Positions 1 to 9,877 of a stretch of 63,575 bases of DNA are shown piece after piece (the first letter of the stretch is position 1; each line of letters starts with the position of its first letter). A model generated the notes under the pieces. It was given only the letters and a program-made list of their open reading frames with translations, did no database searches and had not been told where the DNA came from. The translations under genes were made by a program, and so were the position numbers. Origin of the DNA: Thecamonas trahens ATCC 50062 (Eukaryota; Protista; Apusomonadida); assembly GCF_000142905.1 (NCBI RefSeq), contig NW_013657676.1, positions 124,426-188,000 on the forward strand. Reading direction: 5' to 3'.

Positions 1-167
1 CCCCCCCCCCCCCTTTCCTCCCCCTCTCCTCCTCCCCTCAAGGGCCCAAAAGGGCCGGCCCAGCTCGCGGTGTGGCGTAGTATCCCATGCTCGGTCGGTA
101 GTATCAGCGTCCAAGATTCACGACCTTTTTTCCCCCCTCCCCCCCCCTCCCCACACACACAGGCAGC

Positions 168-1343
168 ATGTCGCAGAAGGAAGCTGGTCGGTGGCAAAGG
201 ACAGGCGTGCGGGAGGCAGGGCGTGCGGCTGAGATGGCCTCGGCTGAATGGAAGTATGCCCTCGTCCGCAAGTGCCTCTCCACCCTTCGCAAGCAACGGG
301 CGGCGGCAAAGGCCTCACGAAGGAGGAAAGCAAGCCCTGCTGCGTCCGCACCTTCTCGTGCAATAGCTTCTGCGAAGTTGAGCTCGCTCGCAGCATCGTC
401 CTCGGCTCCGGCGTCGGCGTCTGCCACGGAGCCGGCCGCGGGCGTGGCGTCTGCGGCAGCTCGCGCAGCTGAGCTCTCAGCAGCCGGAGTTGACGTCGCG
501 TCGCACCTCTTCTCGCCAACTTTTTGCTCAACAAAGCAGGATGACGGCGGGATGGTGGTGACGTGGTCGGACGACGACGACGAGTTTGACAACTACCACC
601 CCACGGGTGGCTTGCATGCGAGCTCGCACGGCTCAACGCGGGCTTTGTCCGGCTTGCCCTCGCCTGCTACCGTTCTCCGTGCCCAGTGGGCTGCGGCGTT
701 GGGAGGCAAACAATCCCACCTTAATCCGCCGTCTTTTGCAGCCGCTGCTGCGCCCGGCGATGCCCTCGGCCTCGGCATGGACACCGGCATGGGCATGAGC
801 ATAGGCATGGGAATGGGCATGCGGGGATACTCGTCCGATGACGACGAGTTTCTCGAGGCGCTTGAGGCGCTTGACCCGACGGTGCCGCCGCCGGGCGTGC
901 CCGACGAAGAGTTTGACGACGTCCTCGCCCTCCTCTACTCGGAGCTCGAGGCCGAGCTCGGCCACCCAGTTGCCGGCGCGGTGTCAGGCGACACCGGTGA
1001 GGTCTTCGACCTGCTCGACGAAGTCGAACACGTCGAGCGCGAGGCCGCGCTGGCCGCGCTCTCGACTGAGCGCTCTGTCATCTGCCCGGTCTGCTGCGCC
1101 GCCTCGCTTGGCCTTGCCCGCGGCGTCCTCTTTTGCCAGTGTGGCCTGCGGGTCAATCTTGCCCGGCTGCCTGGCATCGTGCTGACACTCGATCAGATCC
1201 ACGACATGATCAGTGCTGTTGCTACCGAGCACGCTGCACAGTGTGCCGCACCGCCGGCCTTTGACCTCTCTCGCGGACCCGATGGCGCCCAGTCGGTCAT
1301 CCTCTCATGTCCGCGCTGCAGCCACTATGCTGTTGTGATTTGA
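168..1343 (+). CDS. RPAIN: RPA-interacting protein (RIP/RPAIN)-like
   Basis: N-terminal WK..RKCL..LR motif, acidic middle, C-terminal Zn finger VICPVC..FCQCGL..H...C...LSCPRC...VVI as in the RPA_interact_C domain. Confidence 0.8.
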   Translation: MSQKEAGRWQRTGVREAGRAAEMASAEWKYALVRKCLSTLRKQRAAAKASRRRKASPAASAPSRAIASAKLSSLAASSSAPASASATEPAAGVASAAARAAELSAAGVDVASHLFSPTFCSTKQDDGGMVVTWSDDDDEFDNYHPTGGLHASSHGSTRALSGLPSPATVLRAQWAAALGGKQSHLNPPSFAAAAAPGDALGLGMDTGMGMSIGMGMGMRGYSSDDDEFLEALEALDPTVPPPGVPDEEFDDVLALLYSELEAELGHPVAGAVSGDTGEVFDLLDEVEHVEREAALAALSTERSVICPVCCAASLGLARGVLFCQCGLRVNLARLPGIVLTLDQIHDMISAVATEHAAQCAAPPAFDLSRGPDGAQSVILSCPRCSHYAVVI

Positions 1344-1731
1344 GTCGCCCGCCCCAATCCATGGAGCAGTCCTTGGACGATCTGCTACCGTACGTCTTGC
1401 CCCCTCTTCCTCTCTCTCTCTCTCTCCTTCTCTCTTGTTTTTTACTCGCTCTCTCGTCCGCCCCTGCGCGAGCTCAGCGAGGCTGTTTCGAAGCCGCGTC
1501 GGAGTTATTACTCTCCTTGGTGGTCAAAAACAAGCCCAGATCAAGTGTAGTTGCTTTTTAGGTCGTCGTTGGGGGCAGTCGGACCACCTATCCGACCATC
1601 CACCTCTTTCGGCACACCCAGGCGACGTCCATTTCCTCTATCTTCCGTATCCCCACATCGTCCCCCCCTCCCCCTCTCCCTCTCACTCCCAACCACACAC
1701 ACTCACCGCTCCCCACCTTGTTCTTGCGCAT

Positions 1732-2172
1732 TCAGATCCAGACTCGAGACACCATAAACCACCTCCTCGAAACCTTGACCTTGTCTTTACCTCTTCTACA
1801 GATACATCCCGCCCTCTTCATCCATCTCCGGACCGGTCGCCGTCCCCACCGTCCCCGCCGACCCCGCCGACCCCGCCGCGGCAGCAACCCCCCGTCGCTG
1901 GACTCGGCCGCACCCTGGTCCTTGGCATGGCCCGAGACTCCGATCAGAGCCTCCAATTCTGCGATCTGCGACCTGTACTTTGCGATGACGCCCTCATTCT
2001 CAGCCACAGCCTCTTGAAAGTCGACATCATCCGGCTCAGCCTCGAGCGCCTCGACCAGCGCTTCGTTCGACTCGACCAGCTTGCTCACCGCATTCTCCAG
2101 CCGTCGAATCTCAAACCGCACCACGTCCACCGACCCGCCCAGCACGCCATTGCTGCTGCTGCTGCTGGCCAT
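1732..2172 (-). CDS. Small coiled-coil hypothetical protein (3' end uncertain)
   Basis: ATG at 2172; EIRRLENAVSKLVESNEAL..DDVDFQEAVAENEGVIAKYRSQIAELE looks protein-like and amphipathic; the Arg-rich tail may be intronic. Confidence 0.55.
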   Translation of the reverse strand: MASSSSSNGVLGGSVDVVRFEIRRLENAVSKLVESNEALVEALEAEPDDVDFQEAVAENEGVIAKYRSQIAELEALIGVSGHAKDQGAAESSDGGLLPRRGRRGRRGRWGRRPVRRWMKRAGCICRRGKDKVKVSRRWFMVSRVWI

Positions 2173-2340
2173 TTCGCGTCGTCCGCACCCTCGCCGCGCC
2201 AAGCAAAGCCAAGTGTCGACGCCGTCAGCTCGCCGTCGTCGCCAGCTCGCCGTCGCCGCCAGCTCGCCAAGTCGGCCGAGTCGCGCAAGTCGGCGGCCAC
2301 GGCTAGACATCGATCGATGGCGGCCACCTCATGCTTCGCT

Positions 2341-4052
2341 TTACTTCTTCTTCTGCTTCTTGGCCGATGGCCCGGCGTTTCCGGCGGGAGGACGCTTGTT
2401 CGGGTTGTACTGCCAGGCGTCGACACCCGGGGCAAGGTTGTGCTTGGCCTCGTAGGCGGCGTTGATGTCGGCAGCCCACTGGCGGATGCCGTCCTTAAAC
2501 TTGCGGAGGAGGCCCTTGTCGTTCATGTAGCGAACCGAGCCAAAGATGTCGCGGCGAGTCCAGGGGCGATCGTGGCGGCCAAAGCACCAGGCGACGCCGA
2601 CGTAGCCGTTGGGATCGCGCCCGTCGAGCTCGTACTTGTCGTTGGCGGCGCGGAGCCAGGCGTAGGCGGCCTTGGGCGACTCGGTCCACTCGATGACCTT
2701 TTTGGACCAGTACATCCGGGCATAGCCATGCATGTCGCCGTAGAGCACCATCTCACGCTGGGCTGCGTTCCAGAACGGATCATGGGTGAGCCCGGCGTCG
2801 AGCTCGTCGGCGGTGTAAATCCACTGCCGCGCGTCACCCTCGTGCTCGGCCAGCGTTTTTGCGCCCACTCGGGCACTGCCGTCTCGTACTTGGCATAGCT
2901 CTCGCCTTCCATAAAGTGGCAAAAGTTCATCGAGAGCTCGCGCCGGACCACCATCTCCTCCAAAAAGGCATCCGCCGACTCGCGGGTCGTCGACGAGCTG
3001 CTCGCCTTCTTGGCCGCCACCACCCGCCGCGCCACCGAGACCGGGCCGATGTGCCCGTAGTGAAGGTAGGCCGAGAGGCCCGAGGTCGAGCCCTGCGACG
3101 GCACGTTGCGCTCGGCCGCGTACTGCCGCAGCTTGCCGTCGACAAAGGCGTCGACCGCGTCGCGCCCCGCCCGCCACCCACCGTGCTTACCCGCCACAGG
3201 CGCCACACTGACGTCGGCGTTGATGGCCTCCACTCGCTCCGCGATCCATGCCTGTCCGGCCTTGTTCTCCACTTCTCGGGGAAGCTCATCTGCAGGCACC
3301 GCCCTCGAGAGCTTCAGCTCGCCCAGCGCGTCGGCGACGCCATCGGGCAGCTGCGTAGACGCGGGCGCGCCGCCGGGGCGAGCAACCAGGCTCAGGCCGT
3401 GGTCGCTCGCGTCGTCGTCATCGAGCGGGACGAGATAGTCGTCGCGAAGACGGTTGATCTTGGGCCGGATCGTCCGTGCTGCGTACTCGACCTTGTCGGT
3501 CACCACCTCGACCGGGACGACCACGTTAGCCTCGACCTGGACGAGCGGCACGCCTGCATCGTCAAGCTCGGCGGCGAGCTCGGTCCGCCACTGCTCCTGA
3601 ATGTGGAGGTAGCCAGCATCGGTGACGACCTCGGGCGAGGCAAGGGCGGCGGCGAGCTCGGCCACACGAGCGGGCATGCTCGCATCGGCAGCCTCGCCGT
3701 CGGCCGGCAGCAGGACGCAGCCCCCGATGCCTGCGTCGGCGAGGCCGGCGAACGCGTCCAGCACGCCCTCGAGCAGGAACGAGTACGATCGGGCGTTTGC
3801 GCCCGGAAACGAGGCCGTGAGGGCAAAGGCGACCACGAGTGGCAGCCGCAGCGCCGCCGCCCGGCGCAGAGCGTAGACCAAGGCAAAGTTGTCCGTCGTC
3901 GGCCGCACAGATGCTTGCATCCAATACAGCAGGCCAGTACTGGCCCGTCCTCCACTGCCTCCACCTGCTCCCCCTGCTGCAGTAGTCGTAGTGCCCAGGA
4001 CCTTGACCCGCGCCGCGTGGACGCTGTCGCCAAAGCCACTTGCGTCAGCCAT
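2341..4052 (-). CDS. phr: Class II CPD DNA photolyase, frameshift at 2856-2860
   Basis: [24 protein letters not shown] and EEMVVRREL in one frame; [22 protein letters not shown] and DGRDPNGY in the next; one extra A in an A5 run joins them as PEWAQKTLAEH. Confidence 0.9.
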
Positions 4053-4195
4053 GTTTGGTTGCGTTTGTTCGGTTGCGGAGGAGTGAAGTGGCTCGTCAGA
4101 TCAAGCTGACGGCAGTCGGCTTGCGCCGGCAGGCCGCCAGCTGATGCTCCTCCCCATGAGCTGATAATAATACCCGCGGGGTCACGTCCCGCGCC

Positions 4196-6202
4196 TCACA
4201 CGCCGTGGACGCACGCCTGCAGCTGCTCGGCCTGAAGCGAGGTGTTGAAGGCGGCAGTGAACGAGGTGATGAGCGGGAGGTGCTGGCGCGGGGCCCGCAG
4301 CCCGGCGAGCTGGGGGGAGCTGCAGCCAAACTCGAACCAGTTGGTCACCGGGTAAACGATGGTACATGGCTTGCCGGTGCCGGGCGTCGGGACGCGCTCG
4401 GTGATGATCTTGGAGAACGCGCCGACGTTGGCCGAGACCACAATTGGTGAGGTGACGGCCTCGTCGAGCGAGATGAGCGAGGCAAAGAACGAGGCAAAGC
4501 CGGCCTCGATGGCGGCACGGCCGACGGTGGTAGCGACGCCGGCGGGGACGTTAAACGTGCCGTTAGGAGCAAAGAGGGCGGCGGCGGCTGCCGCGTCGCG
4601 CGCAATCTGAGCCGCCTGGAACGCCGCCATGGCGTCCTTGATGGCGCCGCCGTCGCAGGCGGCGGGTGTGGTGGATTGCGAGGCCGGCGGCGGCGGACAG
4701 TCGCCACCGATTCCCTGCGCAAAGCCAAGCACGCTGTGCGGGTCCCATTCGCAGCGGACAGCAACCAGTCGCGGGTAGTTGCTTCCGTAGTACGCAGCCT
4801 GCCAGTTTGGTAGCGTGGCATCGATGTAGTTGACGTAGCTCGCGCCGCCAGTGAGCGGGGCGAGCTTGGCTGAGAGCGCATCGGCCCATGCAGAGTTGGC
4901 TTGCGTCTCGGCTGGCGAGTTCCACAGCGCCTTGATCTCGTAGATCTGGTTGTAGTCGCGATGGAAAAAGGCGGTGGCAGACTGAGGGACGCGCGCAATC
5001 GCGCCGCCGCCGCAGTGCCAGAGCATGACGGTGTGCTTGGACGGCGACGACGCAAAGGCATCGACGAGGATGTCGGCGGCGAGGCCGACGTGGCTTGGTC
5101 CGGCCAGCACGCCCGACTTGACCAGCAGCAGCCGGCCGTCGACCCCGGTCTCACCGGTGCCTTGCGCCAGCTCCCACGCCGGGAGCGAAATGACATCCAG
5201 CGAGATGTTGGCCGGCTTGGGCAGCGCGGCTAGGATGGCCGGCAGATGCTGGGCGTAGAAGAGGTCGGGATCTTCGTTGGCCATGACCGTAATCTGGAAA
5301 ACCGGACTACCGTCCGGGGTGTGGCGGAAGAGGCCAGGGAGTGAGACGTCGGGCATGGCGGCGAGGAGCGAGCGGAAGGCCGAGCCGTAGGCGCGGAGGA
5401 CGCTGGGCGCGACAGAGAGCGGCCAGACCAAGGCGCCGATGACGCCGTCCGGCGAGCCGGTGGCAGCACACGCCGGCGCGCGCCCGAGCTGAAAGGTGAA
5501 GTTGTAGGCGACGACAAAGTTGCCACCGCCGCCGCCACGGAGCGCCCAGAACAGGTCGGCCTCGGGCGATCCGGGCGGCGAGTCCTCGCCGACGGTCACC
5601 ACCTCGCCATCGACCGAAACAACAGTGGCAGCGACAAGCTGATCGGCGGCGAGGCCCAAGCCGCGCGAAGCAAAGGAGATGCCGCCGCCAAGGGTGTAGC
5701 CGCCGACCCCGACGGTGGGGCAGCCTCCGCCTGCGATCTGCCAGCACGAGCCGTTGAGCCGGGCGTAGACGTCAACCCAGCGGGCGCCTGCCTGGACCAG
5801 ATACTTGCCGCTGCCCGCATCGACAAAGTGCGAGGCGGTCGAGGCCGAGAGATCGATGGTCAGCGATGCGAGCGAGTAGCCGACCGCCGAGTGGCCGCCG
5901 CTCTTGATGGCGACCTTGAGCCCGTGGGCTTTGGCGTACTTGAGCGCCGTGCCGATGTCCTCGGCACAGGCCACTACAGCCACAACCTGCGGCGCCGTGT
6001 AGAACCGCATGTTGTTGATCCGCGTGGCGTTGGCAAAGTCCGGCGAGTCGGGCCACAGCGTCTCTCCGCACGGCAGGACCAGCGGCGGGAGGTCGTGGTC
6101 CCTGGTAGCAGCAGCAGCAGCAGCAGTAGCAGTAGCAGTAGCAGCGAGCACACTGACCATGAGCGCACCCACAAGCATGCCGAGCGAAAGATGCATGACC
6201 AT
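4196..6202 (-). CDS. Secreted FAD-linked oxidase (berberine bridge enzyme-like) with C-terminal SnoaL/NTF2-like domain
   Basis: Signal peptide; KSGGHS and GGCPTVGVGGYTLGGG (His/Cys flavin attachment); LFWALRGGGGGNF; BBE motif SYVNY..YYGSNYPRL...WDP; C-terminal DAAAAAALFAPNG...GRAAI. Confidence 0.88.
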   Translation of the reverse strand: MVMHLSLGMLVGALMVSVLAATATATAAAAAATRDHDLPPLVLPCGETLWPDSPDFANATRINNMRFYTAPQVVAVVACAEDIGTALKYAKAHGLKVAIKSGGHSAVGYSLASLTIDLSASTASHFVDAGSGKYLVQAGARWVDVYARLNGSCWQIAGGGCPTVGVGGYTLGGGISFASRGLGLAADQLVAATVVSVDGEVVTVGEDSPPGSPEADLFWALRGGGGGNFVVAYNFTFQLGRAPACAATGSPDGVIGALVWPLSVAPSVLRAYGSAFRSLLAAMPDVSLPGLFRHTPDGSPVFQITVMANEDPDLFYAQHLPAILAALPKPANISLDVISLPAWELAQGTGETGVDGRLLLVKSGVLAGPSHVGLAADILVDAFASSPSKHTVMLWHCGGGAIARVPQSATAFFHRDYNQIYEIKALWNSPAETQANSAWADALSAKLAPLTGGASYVNYIDATLPNWQAAYYGSNYPRLVAVRCEWDPHSVLGFAQGIGGDCPPPPASQSTTPAACDGGAIKDAMAAFQAAQIARDAAAAAALFAPNGTFNVPAGVATTVGRAAIEAGFASFFASLISLDEAVTSPIVVSANVGAFSKIITERVPTPGTGKPCTIVYPVTNWFEFGCSSPQLAGLRAPRQHLPLITSFTAAFNTSLQAEQLQACVHGV

Positions 6203-6664
6203 GGCGAGTGGGGTGGGCGGATGGGGGGGTGGGAAGCGATACCCGTCCGAGCTATGTTGGGTGGTTGCGGCGAGGTGATGGCGATGATAAAGGTGATGGC
6301 GATGGCGAGGAAGGTGATGGCGATGGCGATTGCAAAGACGTGGGGTAGCCTAGCCTACAAGGAGCGCCTCTTTGAATCGGCCTTGCCTTCCTCCCCCCTC
6401 CCCCCCTCCCCCCCCCCCCCCCCCCCCCCCCTCCCCATACCTTCCCTCTCCCCCTCCCTCATTCCGTCCCCACTTCGNNNNNNNNNNNNNNNNNNNNNNN
6501 NNNNNNNNNNNNNNNNNNNNNNNNNNNNNNNNNNNNNNNNNNNNNNNNNNNNNNNNNNNNNNNNNNNNNNNNNNNNNNNNNNNNNNNNNNNNNNNNNNNN
6601 NNNNNNNNNNNNNNNNNNNNNNNNNNNNNNNNNNNNNNNNNNNNNNNNNNNNNNNNNNNNNNNN

Positions 6665-7702
6665 ACCTCCACATGCGCAGCATGCCACGGACCATTCCCC
6701 ATGGGCTCTTCCTTTGTCTCTGCCCTCGGCAAGTCCTTCCACAACAGGTACACCTTCCCCTTCCCCCCCTCCCTCCCTCCCCCCTCATTCCCCCCGCACA
6801 GGTGCTTTGTCTGCTCGCAGTGCAGGCGGGTGCTTGGATCGTCGACGTTCGTGGAGAAGGACGGGGCGGTGTTCTGCACAGAGTGCAAGAACCCATCGGC
6901 TACCCATCAGGGCCTCTGTGCTGGCTGTGACCTCCCGCTTGGCTCTGGACGCATCCTCACTGCCTGTGGGAGCAAGTATCATCCGCATTGCCTCGTCTGC
7001 GCCCGTTGCAGGGGCCCACTGCCTTCTCTTACCTCTTTCATCATCTTCGACAACAAGCCCCTCTGTGGCGAAGCTTGCGCCATCGCCTTGGCCACCGGCG
7101 ATGTCTCCCGCCCGGTTTCGGTCCTCTCTGCTACTCCCATTGCTGGTGGCGGTGGTGAAGGCCAATCATCGTCTAACGCACTCGACTCGCTTCTCAACGA
7201 TCTCTCGCAGCCGGCTGGCGGCGGAGACACCGGCGGTGCCCCCGCCCAGCAGCCCGCTTCCCAGCAGGGCTCCGAGCTCGACGGCCTGCTGGAGCAGCTC
7301 GACGGGACCGAGAACCGCGATCGCTCCGAGTCGTCTGCTCTTGACATGCTGATGGCTCGGCTCGACGGCGGCACCGGCGATGCACAGTCTGCACCCGCTA
7401 GTCAGCCTGCTGCCGCCGCCCAACCAGCCAGCACCACCTCGGGCAGCGCGCTGGACGATCTGCTGGGTGAACTCGAAACCGAGCCCGCGGCGGGAGCAGC
7501 AGCCCAGCCCCAGCCGGTGGCGGCGCAGCCTCAGCCTGCGCGCAACCACACCGAGTCCGAGGCCTTTGACATGGACGACCTTCTCGCTGAGCTCGAGCCC
7601 GAGGCGGCAGGAGGCGGTCAGTCGCAGGCGGCCGACATCGGCGGCGGCGTCACCCAGAGCGAGTTGGACGATCTCGATGCGCTGCTGACCCAGCTGACGT
7701 GA
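6665..7702 (+). CDS. LIM-domain protein with C-terminal LD motifs (5' end in gap; intron 6748-6801)
   Basis: Two LIM domains (CAAC..H..CFVCSQC..CTEC; CAGC..HPHCLVCARC..CGEAC) followed by six LDxLLxxL-like motifs; GTACAC...CACAG intron. Confidence 0.8.
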   Translation, partial: TSTCAACHGPFPMGSSFVSALGKSFHNRYTFPFPPSLPPPSFPPHRCFVCSQCRRVLGSSTFVEKDGAVFCTECKNPSATHQGLCAGCDLPLGSGRILTACGSKYHPHCLVCARCRGPLPSLTSFIIFDNKPLCGEACAIALATGDVSRPVSVLSATPIAGGGGEGQSSSNALDSLLNDLSQPAGGGDTGGAPAQQPASQQGSELDGLLEQLDGTENRDRSESSALDMLMARLDGGTGDAQSAPASQPAAAAQPASTTSGSALDDLLGELETEPAAGAAAQPQPVAAQPQPARNHTESEAFDMDDLLAELEPEAAGGGQSQAADIGGGVTQSELDDLDALLTQLT

Positions 7703-7740
7703 TAAACAGTGTTCCCTTTCGTTGCTCATGGAACGCACAC

Positions 7741-8910
7741 TTACGCCACAGAGCCGGGTCCATCTGCTTCCGACGCGCCCGGGGCGTCGCCGGCTGAGCC
7801 AGGCTCGGGTGCTGCCCGCTTGTAGGCGATGAGGGCAGTCTCCAGCGCAACACGCTGGGTAAAGAGCTGCCACGGAAACAGCTCGGGCGCGCAAATACGG
7901 GCAACATGGTCAACAGCGCTGGCCGAGACGCCTTCCGGGATCGGCGGCGGTGGCGCGTCGTCGTCGTCGTCGTCGCCGAGCGGTGTTGTCGCCTCGGCGG
8001 CGGCGGCGGCGACCGACCACGCGTAGACAACGAGGCGGAGGTCGAGCGGGAGGCGGGCGAGGGAGGCGAGCTCCGGGTCATCTGAAGTGCCGAGGCGCAG
8101 GCCGGCCTCGGCGGCCGCCAAGTGTGAGACCGCAGCGTGGACCGGATGCGCCATGTACTTGCCGATCATCGAGTCCCAGAGAATCTTCTTGGGCGGGTCT
8201 GCGAGCGGGTTGCCGTTGAAAAGAACCTCGTCTTCGATGGCGGTGGCGGCGGCGTCAAAAGCGGCGTACTCGGTCGGCAGCGAGACGATGCGGTTGCGCT
8301 CGAGGTTGAGGACCGCAAGCTGGGTGAGGCTGAGAATCTCCGGCGGGAAGACAGCGAGCGCGTTGTCGGCCAGATCGAGCGAGGTAAGCGAGGTGAGGCC
8401 CGCGGCCAAGGAGCCAGCGCAAGTTACCAGCGCGTTGTCCGACGCGTCGAGGTGGGTGAGCGAGGCGAGGTGCGCGATGGGCGCCGGAAGGGCGACAAAG
8501 GCGTTCTTGTTGAGGTTGAGCAGCTCGAGCCGGGTGCAAGCCGCGAGCGATGACGGCAGATCGGCCAGCGCGTTACCCTGTACATTGAGCTGGACCAGGG
8601 CGCCGAGCGCACCGATGGCCGGAGGGAGGACCGTGATGGCGTTGTATGATACGTCGAGAAAGGTGAGCGAGGCGAGCGAGCAGACAGCAGCCGGGAGGGC
8701 TGAGAGCCTGTTGAGGGCGACGGTGAGGGCAACAAGGCCCGACATGTTGCCAATGGCCTCGGGGAGGGCAATGAGAAAGTTCTCCCGCAGATCCAGCGCC
8801 ACCACGTCCGATCGCAGCGTCTCCCTCACCGGCAGGACGTGTAGGTTCTTGTTGGCCAGCACCAGCTCCTTGGCCTTGCCGCTCTCGGCGGGTGCTCTGC
8901 TCTTGCGCAT
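7741..8910 (-). CDS. Leucine-rich repeat protein
   Basis: Multiple LxxLxLxxNxLxxLP repeats and an NPL..PP cap; ATG at 8910. Confidence 0.85.
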   Translation of the reverse strand: MRKSRAPAESGKAKELVLANKNLHVLPVRETLRSDVVALDLRENFLIALPEAIGNMSGLVALTVALNRLSALPAAVCSLASLTFLDVSYNAITVLPPAIGALGALVQLNVQGNALADLPSSLAACTRLELLNLNKNAFVALPAPIAHLASLTHLDASDNALVTCAGSLAAGLTSLTSLDLADNALAVFPPEILSLTQLAVLNLERNRIVSLPTEYAAFDAAATAIEDEVLFNGNPLADPPKKILWDSMIGKYMAHPVHAAVSHLAAAEAGLRLGTSDDPELASLARLPLDLRLVVYAWSVAAAAAEATTPLGDDDDDDAPPPPIPEGVSASAVDHVARICAPELFPWQLFTQRVALETALIAYKRAAPEPGSAGDAPGASEADGPGSVA

Positions 8911-9877
8911 GGGCACGAGTGTGGGTGAGGTGAGGGGGGGGGGGGGGGGGGGGCGACGCGGCGTGAGAGAGGTGTGGTGGTGGTGGTGGTTGGTTGGGAC
9001 TGGTGCTGGTGCTGGCGACTGGTGACTGGGGACTGGGGGCAAGGAGTTTGGTGTGGCCACACGCCGACATGGGCATGTCACTGTCCCCCCCCTTCCCCCC
9101 TCCCTCCGCCCCCACCTCTCAATTGACTCTCAATGACATTACCGTTCGCCTCGCCACGATTAATTCTCAATGGAATTATCANNNNNNNNNNNNNNNNNNN
9201 NNNNNNNNNNNNNNNNNNNNNNNNNNNNNNNNNNNNNNNNNNNNNNNNNNNNNNNNNNNNNNNNNNNNNNNNNNNNNNNNNNNNNNNNNNNNNNNNNNNN
9301 NNNNNNNNNNNNNNNNNNNNNNNNNNNNNNNNNNNNNNNNNNNNNNNNNNNNNNNNNNNNNNNNNNNNNNNNNNNNNNNNNNNNNNNNNNNNNNNNNNNN
9401 NNNNNNNNNNNNNNNNNNNNNNNNNNNNNNNNNNNNNNNNNNNNNNNNNNNNNNNNNNNNNNNNNNNNNNNNNNNNNNNNNNNNNNNNNNNNNNNNNNNN
9501 NNNNNNNNNNNNNNNNNNNNNNNNNNNNNNNNNNNNNNNNNNNNNNNNNNNNNNNNNNNNNNNNNNNNNNNNNNNNNNNNNNNNNNNNNNNNNNNNNNNN
9601 NNNNNNNNNNNNNNNNNNNNNNNNNNNNNNNNNNNNNNNNNNNNNNNNNNNNNNNNNNNNNNNNNNNNNNNNNNNNNNNNNNNNNNNNNNNNNNNNNNNN
9701 NNNNNNNNNNNNNNNNNNNNNNNNNNNTGGAATTATCATACCCCCCCCTCCCCCCCCCCCTCCCCCACCGTTGCAGCAGCAACACTCAACTGGGCACCCT
9801 CCGCCAGATGCAGTTTTCATCTCCCACACTGGCATCGCTGTCCAAGCTGCGACCAGCACCTCCTCCGCCCGTCCAGG

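Noticed and set aside
1435-2898. Long + strand ORF (487 aa) and similar antisense ORFs (2859-4109, 37759-39522, 50899-52302, 56105-57913)
   Set aside because: Shadow ORFs opposite real genes, expected in high-GC DNA; no recognisable motifs
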